Numbered from the stretch's first letter, positions 1-9,015 are shown. The stretch is DNA of 64,000 nucleotides from an uncultured Gemmatimonadales bacterium (GCA_963739455.1 CAVUAK010000001.1:1056001-1120000); one strand, 5' to 3'. Notes: generated from the letters alone by a model not told the origin. A program made the numbers and translations.

Positions 1-292
1 CGAGCGTGCGCCACATGTGCTCCACGGGGAGCTCGTTGGAGAAGCGCAAGTCGCGCATCATCTGGTCGAGCACGACCGTGGGTGAGGGACTCACCCCGCC
101 ATTGTTCAGGTTGATCATGGTGCGGTCGCAATCGAACGCCCGCTGGATGACCGACCAGTAGTCCTCGTCGTCCGGGGCACCGGCCCCCGTACCGGATCGA
201 TGGGCCTGGGTGAGGTAGCGGATCGCCTTGGGCGAGAACGCCGGTGCGGTCACGGCAAGCGAACGAACAAAAGTTCGGCGGTCGACCATCAT
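1..292 (-). CDS. Aminotransferase class V (PLP-dependent, isopenicillin-N epimerase/cysteine desulfurase-like) with Tat-type leader; runs off the window start
   Basis: Manual minus-strand translation: MMVDRRTFVRSLAV...APDDEDYWSVIQRAFDCDRTMINLNNGGVSPSPTVVLDQMMRDLRFSNELPVEHMWRTL. INLNNGGVSPSP is typical of class V N-termini; DRRTFV is a twin-arginine motif. Confidence 0.75.
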   Translation of the reverse strand, partial: MMVDRRTFVRSLAVTAPAFSPKAIRYLTQAHRSGTGAGAPDDEDYWSVIQRAFDCDRTMINLNNGGVSPSPTVVLDQMMRDLRFSNELPVEHMWRTL

Positions 293-399
293 GGGCTCGT
301 CTGGGAAGTAGATTGGATAATGCGGGATTGGCGCCCGAACGGCCAGCGCCAGCCCGGGATTCCGTCCTTTCGTGCCGACCAACCGGTCCAGACCACCAT

Positions 400-2415
400 A
401 TGTTGTTCGCCCTGATTTTGGCCCTTCAGCAGCCGGCCCAGAAGCCGGGTGCACCCCCGGTAGCGCCCCCCCCGCCGGCCCCCGTGACGAGGCCGGCGTC
501 TCCCATCGCGCGGGTCGAGGTGGAGCCCGGTGACGTTGCGGTCCAGGCCGGTGACACCGTGCGATTGCGGGCGGTGGCATTCGACTCTGGCGGCAGGGCC
601 GTTCCCGGCGCCACCACCAAGTGGTTCCAGGCGAGTCATGGTTTCGAGGGCCGGGTGAGCGAGGACGGGCTCGTTACGGCGGGATCGACCGGCGCGATGC
701 GCGTCGCCGCGGTCACCAGCGTCTCCGGCAGCAAGCCCACCACCACCTTCACGCGAATCACGATCCTCCCGCCGCCCGCCGCGCGGATCGCAGTCGAACC
801 GGCGGTGAAGCACCTCTACGTCGGACAGGCGCTTTCCCTCTCTGCCGTGCCCTTCGCCGCGAACAATGACCGCCGCTACGATCCAGTCTCCTGGGAATCG
901 GATGCACCGGGCGTTGTCTCCGTCACGCCGGCTGGACGGATTACGGCAGTGCGCGCGGGGCGCGCCACCGTGACGGCACGCGCCGGCCGCGCGAGCCAGG
1001 CAATACCGCTTGTGGTCGAGGCCAACCCGGCGGCGTCCCTCGTGCTGACACCGGGTGACACGTCGGTGCGCACCGGGGACGTGGTGCGCCTCCGTGTCAG
1101 CGCGCGCACCGCGGGCGGCAAGCCGGTGCCCGACGTCATGCCCGAGTTCCTGGTGAGCCCCGGTGGCGGGACGGTGGATGCGGACGGAGCCTTCGTGGCC
1201 AGTGAGCCCGGCAGCTATCGCATCGTGGCATCCTTCGCCGGCCGCATGGCGGAAGCGACGGTGACGGCCCGCCCGCGCGATGCCGCGCGTCCCACCACGG
1301 TGGTGGGACGCCTGCCGGTGCCGGGGTTCATCTCCACCGAGTTCTGGCTCCACCCCGACGGTCGCCACGGATATCTCGGTACGCTGGGTGACCGGCTGTA
1401 CGCGGTCGACCTGAGTGACCCGGCGAAGCCGGTGATCACCGATTCAGTGATGGTGGATGCGAGGGTGATCAACGATGTCATGACAACGGCCGACGGCAAG
1501 TTCGGCGTCATGACACGCGAGGGCGCGAGCTCGCGGAAGAACGGGATCGTTGTCCTGTCGTTCGAGGATCCGGCGCACCCGGTGCAGATAGCGGAATACA
1601 CCGAGACGGTCTCCGGCGGCGTGCACAGCACCTTCATCTACGGCGGCTACGTCTTTCTCACCGATGACGCGACGGGATCAATGCGGGTCATCGACCTCCG
1701 TGATCCCTATCATCCGTCCCAGGTAGCGCGATGGGAAACACCCCGCACCGAGGCGGGGCGGATGCTGCATGACATCGACGTGCAGGACGGCCTGGCATAC
1801 CTCAGTTACTGGAACGACGGCCTCGTCATCCTCGATGTCGGGAACGGCATCAAGGGTGGCACGCCCGAGAACCCGCAGCTCGTGTCGCAGCTCAAGTACG
1901 ACCTCAACGCGCTGTACCGCGACGTGGAGGCGGTCGGCGGGCCGGGCTTCATCCGGGGCACCCACACCGCATGGCGCAGTGGACGCTACGTCTTCGTGGG
2001 CGACGAGGTCTTCTCGGCGAAGCCGGTCGGTACGCTGGGACCCGTCGGCCTGGGTCGCGCCTACGGACGCCTCCACGTGGTGGACGTGTCGGACGTGACG
2101 GCGCCGAAGCTGGTGGCATGGTATGAGCCGAAGGATGGTGGCGCACACAATGTGTGGGTCGCCGGGGACACGCTCTACCTTGGCGACTACCAGGGTGGGC
2201 TGCGGGTGGTGGACATTTCCGGTGAGCTCCGCGGCGATCTGCAGCAACAGGGCCGCGAGATCGCGCATGTGGCCACCGGTGATGCCCAGGGCAAGATCGC
2301 CAACGCGCCATTGACGTGGGGTGCCATCTACCGCAACGGGAACATCTACGTTCCCGACATGAATTCGGGACTCTGGGTGGTCAAGGTGGAAGGCTCGGCT
2401 GTCGGGGTGCCATAG
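400..2415 (+). CDS. Secreted protein with tandem Ig-like (Big_2-type) domains and C-terminal LVIVD-repeat beta-propeller
   Basis: Start MLFALILALQQ, Pro-rich linker, three Ig-like repeats, then LVIVD-type repeats (GLVILDVG, GLRVVDIS, LHVVDVSD). Confidence 0.8.
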   Translation: MLFALILALQQPAQKPGAPPVAPPPPAPVTRPASPIARVEVEPGDVAVQAGDTVRLRAVAFDSGGRAVPGATTKWFQASHGFEGRVSEDGLVTAGSTGAMRVAAVTSVSGSKPTTTFTRITILPPPAARIAVEPAVKHLYVGQALSLSAVPFAANNDRRYDPVSWESDAPGVVSVTPAGRITAVRAGRATVTARAGRASQAIPLVVEANPAASLVLTPGDTSVRTGDVVRLRVSARTAGGKPVPDVMPEFLVSPGGGTVDADGAFVASEPGSYRIVASFAGRMAEATVTARPRDAARPTTVVGRLPVPGFISTEFWLHPDGRHGYLGTLGDRLYAVDLSDPAKPVITDSVMVDARVINDVMTTADGKFGVMTREGASSRKNGIVVLSFEDPAHPVQIAEYTETVSGGVHSTFIYGGYVFLTDDATGSMRVIDLRDPYHPSQVARWETPRTEAGRMLHDIDVQDGLAYLSYWNDGLVILDVGNGIKGGTPENPQLVSQLKYDLNALYRDVEAVGGPGFIRGTHTAWRSGRYVFVGDEVFSAKPVGTLGPVGLGRAYGRLHVVDVSDVTAPKLVAWYEPKDGGAHNVWVAGDTLYLGDYQGGLRVVDISGELRGDLQQQGREIAHVATGDAQGKIANAPLTWGAIYRNGNIYVPDMNSGLWVVKVEGSAVGVP

Positions 2416-2490
2416 GGCAAGGACGGCTATATTTGCCCGGCTTGATGGCGCCCCTGCAGGTTGGCAATTCCCCTGGAGCTGGACTCAGAC

Positions 2491-3099
2491 ATGACGCGTG
2501 TGTTGATCACTGCGGGTGCACTGGCAATGCTGTGGACTCCGTCGCTGCGGGCGCAGGCCGCCGCGCAGCCGCCGAAGGACGCCGCCGCGGGCCTCCCGCA
2601 GGTATACAAGCCCGAGCAACTGAGTGCCGTGCAGAAGCAGGCGCGCGATGCGGTCTCGTCGCTGCGCGACTCCGTGGCTGCCGCCAGCGGCGCCCTCGCC
2701 GCGTTGAGCGTCGATGCGCCGACCACGTCGCTCCAGGTCATGGAGAGCAGGGCGGCCACCGCGGTCGACCGCTGCAATTCCACCGAGCGTCAGCGCGCAC
2801 AGTCCATGAAGGCGCTCTCCACGGCGCCGCTCACCGAGCCGGGTGAACTCAAGGCCCAGAAGCAGATGCTCAAGGAGATGGACAAGCTCAAGAAGCCGCT
2901 GGACCAGTGCCTGGCGACGTACCAGCCGCTGGCGCAGCGTGGAAAGGGCCAGGAGGTGCGCGACTATGGCCCCTCACGCGCGAAGCCCATCCTGGCCGGC
3001 TTCCAGCAGTTCGACCAGTCGATCAAGCCGTTCGCGACTGCCATGAAGATCCAGTTCCGCCCGATAATCAATAATGCGGGAAAGTCACCTCTCGATTGA
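2491..3099 (+). CDS. Hypothetical secreted helical protein
   Basis: Signal peptide MTRVLITAGALAMLWTPSLRAQA; typical codon usage; two Cys. Confidence 0.7.
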   Translation: MTRVLITAGALAMLWTPSLRAQAAAQPPKDAAAGLPQVYKPEQLSAVQKQARDAVSSLRDSVAAASGALAALSVDAPTTSLQVMESRAATAVDRCNSTERQRAQSMKALSTAPLTEPGELKAQKQMLKEMDKLKKPLDQCLATYQPLAQRGKGQEVRDYGPSRAKPILAGFQQFDQSIKPFATAMKIQFRPIINNAGKSPLD

Positions 3100-3210
3100 G
3101 TGGACAACGTGGACACTCTTGGCGGGCTGGTGTAAACATCGTCCACACGCTGTGGACGGACTGGGCAGGTGCCGTGCTGGTTGAGGCTTAGCTCTCCACA
3201 AAGTGAACAT
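3099..3210. promoter_or_regulatory. Cluster of DnaA-box-like 9-mers
   Basis: AGTGGACAA 3099-3107, CGTGGACAC 3108-3116, TCGTCCACA 3139-3147, TGTGGACGG 3151-3159, CTCTCCACA 3192-3200; each has 1-2 mismatches to TTGTCCACA. Confidence 0.45.
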
Positions 3211-3244
3211 GCAAATGTGGTGTAAGCCGAACAAAATCAGGCAC

Positions 3245-3272
3245 TTGCGGCGTTTCGGGGATACCATAGCTT
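3245..3272 (+). promoter_or_regulatory. Sigma70-like promoter overlapped by an IHF-consensus site
   Basis: TTGCGG (3245-3250)-16 nt-TAGCTT (3267-3272); AATCAGGCACTTG (3235-3247) matches WATCARNNNNTTR. Confidence 0.55.
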
Positions 3273-3277
3273 AGGGT

Positions 3278-3700
3278 CACGCGCCGATGACTCGAGCGCC
3301 GGAACCTGGTTTCGGAAGCGAGTTGTCGGTGGGTTCGAGCGGCGCGTCGGAGGAGGTTGCCAGAGCTCACAAGGCTTGGCGGCCGATGATTCCGGTGATC
3401 ACTCCGGCTCGAACAGGTGGAGCCAGTCGCGCGCTCCATCCGCCCCGATGTGGCGCCTCGGGATGCAGTGCGAAGGGTTGGTCCGCGACCCGATCCGACT
3501 CGCAGCGCTCGTGTTGGTGAACCAGGCAGGATGCGCATCCAGTCTGGGGATGGAAGCCGAAGCCCCGCGCGAGCCCTACAGTGACGCATCAGTCACCGAT
3601 GGCCGACGGGAGAAGAACGGCGGCGGCAACGCTCCGACTTCGGGTAATCAGCATGGGGAACGGCCGACAGGGCTCCGGGCTCTGCGGCCGTTTCCGTTTT
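3278..3700 (+). ncRNA. Candidate large structured non-coding RNA (~420 nt), family unknown
   Basis: Bounded by a promoter and a terminator; no credible ORF; many nested helices with G-U pairs (3283-3294/3319-3330, 3333-3340/3407-3414, 3416-3423/3433-3440, 3507-3513/3568-3574). Confidence 0.6.
3656..3700 (+). terminator. Intrinsic terminator
   Basis: GGAACGGCCG...CGGCCGTTTCC long stem followed by GTTTT. Confidence 0.65.
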
Positions 3701-3716
3701 CGTTAGCTTGAACGGC

Positions 3717-4097
3717 ATGGCCCTGCATGTGCTCGTCGTATCACCGGATGAGGCGCGCCGCAGTACGCTGGCGGCGGCGTTGCTCGCCGCCGGTCATCGT
3801 GCGGTGGGGGTGGAGAGCGGCGCCGTCGGCGCCGCCGCACTGACGGAGCCGGGCATCGATGCGGTGCTCGTGGACTTGATCACCCCCGAGCTGGATGGCG
3901 CCGCATTGCGGACGCTCCTCGATCCGGCCACACCGGCCCGGCCCGATTCCCTCGAGGACGCCGAACGGCGGCACATCGCGCTGGTCCTGGATCACACCGG
4001 CGGCAACAAGAAGCAGGCCGCCCTTCTTCTCGGCATTTCGCGGTCGACCCTGCTGCACAAGGTGCGCAAGTACCGCATCATCACGCCGCGCTCCTGA
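3717..4097 (+). CDS. Truncated receiver-like domain fused to a Fis-type HTH
   Basis: N-terminal HVLVV...IDAVLVDLITPELDG (REC-like); C-terminal SLEDAERRHIALVLDHTGGNKKQAALLLGISRSTLLHKVRKY (HTH_8). Confidence 0.8.
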   Translation: MALHVLVVSPDEARRSTLAAALLAAGHRAVGVESGAVGAAALTEPGIDAVLVDLITPELDGAALRTLLDPATPARPDSLEDAERRHIALVLDHTGGNKKQAALLLGISRSTLLHKVRKYRIITPRS

Positions 4098-4512
4098 CGA
4101 CCCGCACCCGCCCCAGGCGCGATACGAAGATCTCGACCCGCGCCGCTCCCAGCGTCACCACATAGCGCGCATTGGCCGCACCCATGGCAAGCCCGTTGGG
4201 AGCGTAGCTCGTCTCCGAGGGTTCGCTCATGAGCGCCGCGCCGTCCATGGCCGGTCCCGGCGCGCTCCATCGCACTGAGTCTCCCACAAGTACGACCAGC
4301 GAATCCGTGGTAAGCACGACCCGGGCGACGCGCTGCTCATTGAGCGCCACGGCTCGGGCCCGGCCGTGCGCAAGCGCGATGCGCGAGGCGGCCTGTCCCG
4401 CGTGAATGCCGTCGAGTGCCCCCGACATGCGCGGCAACGCGAGCCCGAGCAGGATGCCCAGCAGAGCCAGAACGATCGCGAGTTCGATGAGTGTGTGTCC
4501 CTGGCGGCGCAT
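4081..4512 (-). CDS. Prepilin-type protein (GspH/FimT-like pseudopilin)
   Basis: MRRQG|HTLIELAIVLALLG class III signal; C-terminal VSRLGRVR. Confidence 0.8.
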   Translation of the reverse strand: MRRQGHTLIELAIVLALLGILLGLALPRMSGALDGIHAGQAASRIALAHGRARAVALNEQRVARVVLTTDSLVVLVGDSVRWSAPGPAMDGAALMSEPSETSYAPNGLAMGAANARYVVTLGAARVEIFVSRLGRVRVVRSAA

Positions 4513-4756
4513 GGCCCATAGTAGGGCGGACGGGTTTCCGCCACGGTACCCGCCGCACGCAATCTGGCGCATTGTGACGCGGTGGTCTTGCCGCGCGCCG
4601 CGCGGGCGCGCATACTGTTTTTTCGTTGTCCCTGCTGTCCACTGTTTTCCCTGCGGACTTGCGGAGTCTTTCCCTGATCCATTCGCTGACTGCGCCGACG
4701 CCGTGCCTCGCACCTCTGGCGCTCCGCCCGTGCGCTCCGACCGCCATGGTGCTCGC

Positions 4757-5407
4757 ATGACCGCGGGCCTCGTCACGCCTGCCGTGCCGCCGGCTGCCGA
4801 TCCACTGGCCGTGTTGCGTGAGTACCGCACGCTCGCACCGTGGAGCCTTCGCGACCTGGCCGCCGTGGCGGCCGCGGTCCTCGAGGCGTCCGATGTTGTC
4901 CCGTTGAATGCCGCGGCGCGCGCTCGGCCTACGGAGCGCACCATCCGCTTTTACGTCACGCGAGGGCTTGTCAGCGCGCCCGAAGGCCGCGGTACCGCCG
5001 CGGTGTACGGGTACCGCCACCTGCTGCAGGTGCTGGCCATCAAGCTCCGGCAAATGGAGGGTGCCACCCTCGACACGCTCTCAGCCGAGTTTGCGGGCAT
5101 GACGGGCGATATCATCGAGCGTCGCGTTGCCGCGGCACTGGGCACCACACTGCCATCCCCCGAACGCCTGCCGCTGCTCCGTCCCGCCAGCCACGCACGG
5201 GGCAAGGTCGGGCGGGCCATCCAGCAGTGGCTGTCGAGCCCCGTGCCGGGCCAGGAGCGCGGCAGCAACTGCCGGCGGGTGCCCGTGGCGCCCGGCCTCG
5301 AGCTCATCGTGGATGAGCACCACCCGGTGCTTCGCGCGGCCGGTGGGGATGCGGCCATTGCTGAGGTGGTGCGCCAGGTGCTCTCGCGCCTGGTGACCGG
5401 CGAGTAG
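4757..5407 (+). CDS. MerR-family HTH transcriptional regulator
   Basis: WSLRDLA...PTERTIRFYVTRGLVSAPEGRGTAAVYGYRHLLQVLAIKLRQMEGATL. Confidence 0.8.
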   Translation: MTAGLVTPAVPPAADPLAVLREYRTLAPWSLRDLAAVAAAVLEASDVVPLNAAARARPTERTIRFYVTRGLVSAPEGRGTAAVYGYRHLLQVLAIKLRQMEGATLDTLSAEFAGMTGDIIERRVAAALGTTLPSPERLPLLRPASHARGKVGRAIQQWLSSPVPGQERGSNCRRVPVAPGLELIVDEHHPVLRAAGGDAAIAEVVRQVLSRLVTGE

Positions 5408-5438
5408 TGCCGGTTCCCTCGATTCGGGCAGGCTGCCC

Positions 5439-6008
5439 ATGACAATTGCGTTCCTGGTACTCGTCGCCGTCGTGGCGCTCTGGGTCGTCGGGGCGTACAA
5501 CGGCCTCATCGCGCTCAAGAACCAGACGGTCAACGCCTGGAAGCAGATCGATGTGCAGCTGAAGCGCCGCCACGACCTCATTCCCAACCTGGTGAATGCG
5601 GTCAAGGGACAGATGGACTTTGAGAAGTCCACCCTCGAGGCGGTGATCTCGGCCAGGGCGAAGGCGGTGGGCGCCAGCGGCGTGGCGGCAACGGCGAAGG
5701 CGGAGGGCGAACTGACGCAGGCCCTGGGCAGGTTGTTCGCCCTTGCCGAGAACTATCCTGACCTCAAGAGCTCCGCCAACGTGCTGCAGCTGCAGGAAGA
5801 GTTGAGCAGCACCGAGAACAAGATCGGGTTCGCCCGGCAGCTCTACAACGACGTTGCCACGCAGTACAACACCAGGCAGGCGCAATTTCCCACCAACCTC
5901 GTCGCCGGCCTGGCCAAGGCGACGCCGTCGGAACTCTGGGAAATCACCGATGCGGGCGAGCGACAGGTTCCCACCGTCGATCTTTCACTGAACCGGCCGG
6001 CCACCTGA
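5439..6008 (+). CDS. lemA: LemA family protein
   Basis: AWKQIDVQLKRRHDLIPNLV, ENYPDLKS and ENKIGFARQLYND motifs. Confidence 0.95.
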   Translation: MTIAFLVLVAVVALWVVGAYNGLIALKNQTVNAWKQIDVQLKRRHDLIPNLVNAVKGQMDFEKSTLEAVISARAKAVGASGVAATAKAEGELTQALGRLFALAENYPDLKSSANVLQLQEELSSTENKIGFARQLYNDVATQYNTRQAQFPTNLVAGLAKATPSELWEITDAGERQVPTVDLSLNRPAT

Positions 6009-6012
6009 CGCA

Positions 6013-7022
6013 GTGACCGCCGGGCGCGGCAACCTGTTCCAGGAACAGGAGCGCAACCGGCGCCGTTCGTTCTGGCTGGTCACCCTCTTCATCATGTTCT
6101 TCGGCTGGGTCGGCTTCGGTGGCGACCTGGCCTTCTTTTTCCTGACTCGCGATGCCGGGCCGGGCGCCTACCGCCACCTCATCCCGTTCATCGGGATCAT
6201 CACCACCCTCGTCGCCGCCGGAATTGCGTGGTTCGCCTGGGAGAAGGGCGCCGACCGCGTGCTGTGGTCCACCGGGGCATGGGAAGTCATCGAGGCGGCC
6301 ACGGCCGAGCAGAAGCAGTACGTCAACGTGGTGGAGGAGATGGCGATTGCCGCAGGGCAGCCACGCCCGCGCATCTGGATAGTGCCCGATCCCGATCCCA
6401 ACGCATTCGCGACCGGGCGTGATCCGCAGCACGCGAGCATTGCGGTAACGGAGGGCCTGCTCGCCCGGCTCAACCGTGAGGAACTGCAGGGGTTGGTGGC
6501 GCATGAAATGGCGCACATCGCGAACTGGGACACCCGGCTGATGACCCTGCTCGCGGCCATGCTGGGTGCAATCGCGCTGATGTCGGATGGCCTGGGGCGG
6601 ACGATGCGGGGTGGCGTGCGCATCGGCGGATCACGCGGCGGCGGCAAGGAGAAGGGCAACCCGCTCGGCCTGATCCTGCTGGTGCTCTGGGTCTTCACGC
6701 TCCTCATCGCGCCGGTCGTGTCGCGTTTGCTCGCGATGGCAGTGAGCCGGAAGCGGGAATTCCTGGCGGACGCCAGCGGCGCGCAGTTCACGAGGAACCC
6801 CCTGGCGCTCGCGTCGGCGCTGGAGAAGCTCGAGAAGGAGTCGGCGCCGACCCGAACGATCACGCAGGGCGCAGCACACCTCTGCATCGTGGACCCGGCG
6901 GAACGGATGGTGTCGGAGCGGGGGGGATTGTCGGGGATGTCTTTGCGTCACATCCCCCGATGCGGGAGCGAGTGGCCAGGCTGCGAGGGATGGGCTATCA
7001 GATTCCAGACTCTAGACTCTAG
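6013..7022 (+). CDS. htpX: HtpX-like M48 zinc metalloprotease (frameshift in G-run ~6921)
   Basis: PNAFATG, HEMAH, SRKREFLADA; alternate frame gives C-terminal FASHPPMRERVARL with stop at 7022. Confidence 0.9.
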
Positions 7023-7033
7023 ACTCAAGACTC
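7006..7033. repeat. Heptamer tandem repeat (NAGACTC x4)
   Basis: CAGACTC TAGACTC TAGACTC AAGACTC at the convergent gene junction. Confidence 0.7.
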
Positions 7034-8104
7034 GCCGTCATCTGAATCATCCAGGAACGTCAGCGCCTGCCGTCGCTTCACGACGGCCTCGAGCGCGCCG
7101 TGGACTCGCTCGTCCACCACGGCATTGATCAGGTCGCGCATCCGCTCCACCGCCGTCTCGGGCGGCATCTTTTCCTGGTACGGCCGCGCCGTGGTGAGGG
7201 CGTCGAAGATCTCCACCGCCCCCACGATGCGCGCGCCGAGCGGAATGGCCTCTGCCTTGAGCTTGTCCGGGTAGCCGAAGCCGTCCCAGCGCTCATGGTG
7301 GTTCCGCACGAAGCTGATGATGTCCCTCAGGTGCACCAGCGGGGCCAGGATCTGGCTGCCCACCAGCACATGCTGCTTCACGTGGGAGTACTCGTCGTCG
7401 GTGAGCGGCCCCTGCTTGTTCAGCACATCCTCGCGGATCCCGATCTTGCCGATGTCGTGCAGCCGGCCCGCCGTGCGGATCATTTCCACTTCTTCATCCG
7501 ACAGGCCAAGCTCTGCCGCGATCCCCGCCGACAGGTCTGCCACGCGCGCCGAGTGCCCGCGGAGATACGCATCCTTGGCCTCGAGGGCGTTCACCAGGGC
7601 CTCGAGGGTCGCAATGGAGAGGCGCTCGAGGGTTTCCTGTTCGCGCCGGAGTTCCACTGACCGGAGGTGCACGTCGTCGCTCAGCCAGCGCTCGATGCGC
7701 GTGTCTTCCAGCGCCTTGTGGCGTCGCTGCAGGGCCCGGCTCACGGCGCGCGTGAGATGATCGAGGTCGAGGGGCTCGGTGACGTAGTCCATCGCCCCGC
7801 GCTGCACGCAGAGGGCCGCCGTGGTGGCGTCGTGCACCGCGGTGAGCATCAGGATGGCGAGGGTGGGCTCGAGTTCGAGCAGGGCCGGCACCAGCTCGAT
7901 GGCGCTGGTGCCCGGCAGGTGCGTGTCGAGGAGCATGGCCGCGACTTTTTCGCGGCGCACGATGTCGAGCGCCTCGGCGCCGGTGCTGGCGGTGAGGATG
8001 GTATGGCCCTGCAGCCTGAGCTGGCGGGCGATCGCCGCGCGGACCGATTCCTCGTCATCGACGATGAGGATGCTCGACTGTCCGTCGCTCAGCGGCAGGG
8101 TCAC
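7025..8104 (-). CDS. Response regulator with HD-GYP cyclic-dinucleotide phosphodiesterase domain
   Basis: REC (ILIVDDEE) plus GHSARV, LHDIGKIG, HHERWDGFGYP. Confidence 0.92.
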   Translation of the reverse strand: MTLPLSDGQSSILIVDDEESVRAAIARQLRLQGHTILTASTGAEALDIVRREKVAAMLLDTHLPGTSAIELVPALLELEPTLAILMLTAVHDATTAALCVQRGAMDYVTEPLDLDHLTRAVSRALQRRHKALEDTRIERWLSDDVHLRSVELRREQETLERLSIATLEALVNALEAKDAYLRGHSARVADLSAGIAAELGLSDEEVEMIRTAGRLHDIGKIGIREDVLNKQGPLTDDEYSHVKQHVLVGSQILAPLVHLRDIISFVRNHHERWDGFGYPDKLKAEAIPLGARIVGAVEIFDALTTARPYQEKMPPETAVERMRDLINAVVDERVHGALEAVVKRRQALTFLDDSDDGES

Positions 8105-8146
8105 GTAGAGGGGCTCCAGTGACGTAAGTGCTTGACCGGACGGAAG

Positions 8147-8998
8147 CTAAGTGTTCCCATCCACGAACTCCACCTCCAGCCGCTGCGGAATGATCCCCGC
8201 TTCGGCAGCACGGTCGAGCAGCAGCTGCACTGCCGCGCGCCCACGAGCACCGTAGTCCACCGTCCAGTCGTTCACGTACATGCCGACGAAGGTGTCGGTG
8301 CGCTCGTCGCCGATGCCGCGATTGAAGCGCTTCGCGTGCTCGAGCGCAGGGCGGCGGTGCGCCAGGGCGTACTCGATGCTCGCGCGCAGGTCGCGCGCCA
8401 CCTGGTTCATCGTACTCGTGCCAAGGTCGCGACGCACGACGTTGCCACCGAGGGGAAGCGGCAGGCCGGTCTCGCGCAGCCACCAGGCGCCCATGTCTTC
8501 CCACAGGTGCAGGCCCTGGTCCTGGAAGGTGAGCTGGCCCTCGTGAATGAGCAGGCCAACGTCCACGTCGCCGCGTGCCACGGCGTCCTCGATGGTGTCG
8601 AAGGGCATGACTACCTGCACCGTGTCGGGCTGGTAGAGCCGGAGGGCGAGGCACGCCGTGGTGAGCGTGCCGGGAATGCCGACGCGCTTGCCGCGGAGCG
8701 CGCTCCGCACGTCGCCCGGCGCCGGAGTCTTCGCGACGAGCCGCGGGCCGTAACCGTCACCCATCGAGGAGCCACTCGACAGCAGCGCGTACTTGTCGGC
8801 CAGGTAGGCGTACGCGTGGATCGACACGGCGGTGACCTCGAGCTCGGCATTCAGGGCGCGCCGGTTGAGCGACTCGATGTCCTGCAGCTCGTGCACGTAC
8901 GTCAGGTCGCCGGTATCGATCTTTCCCTCGGCGAGCGCATAGAACATGAATGCATCGTCGGAGTCGGGACTGTGGGCAACGCGGATGGTCGTAGTCAT
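8147..8998 (-). CDS. mqnD: 1,4-dihydroxy-6-naphthoate synthase (futalosine menaquinone pathway)
   Basis: IRVAHSPDSDDAFMFYAL, GLLIHEGQLT, LPLPLGGN, GMYVN. Confidence 0.88.
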   Translation of the reverse strand: MTTTIRVAHSPDSDDAFMFYALAEGKIDTGDLTYVHELQDIESLNRRALNAELEVTAVSIHAYAYLADKYALLSSGSSMGDGYGPRLVAKTPAPGDVRSALRGKRVGIPGTLTTACLALRLYQPDTVQVVMPFDTIEDAVARGDVDVGLLIHEGQLTFQDQGLHLWEDMGAWWLRETGLPLPLGGNVVRRDLGTSTMNQVARDLRASIEYALAHRRPALEHAKRFNRGIGDERTDTFVGMYVNDWTVDYGARGRAAVQLLLDRAAEAGIIPQRLEVEFVDGNT

Positions 8999-9015
8999 CA
9001 GGTCCTGTCCACCGT

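Noticed and set aside
3099..3272. oriC
   Set aside because: No dnaA/dnaN/gidA context, imperfect boxes and no clear unwinding element; kept only as a regulatory cluster.
3278..3700. RNase P RNA, tmRNA or SRP RNA
   Set aside because: No GAGGAAAGTCC P4 motif, no tRNA-like ends, and no SRP GGAAGNAGCAG loop found.
3287..3711. ORFs 3287-3520, 3376-3711 and 3188-3589(-) as proteins
   Set aside because: No recognisable motifs, atypical codon usage, and one runs through a terminator; a structured RNA explains the region better.
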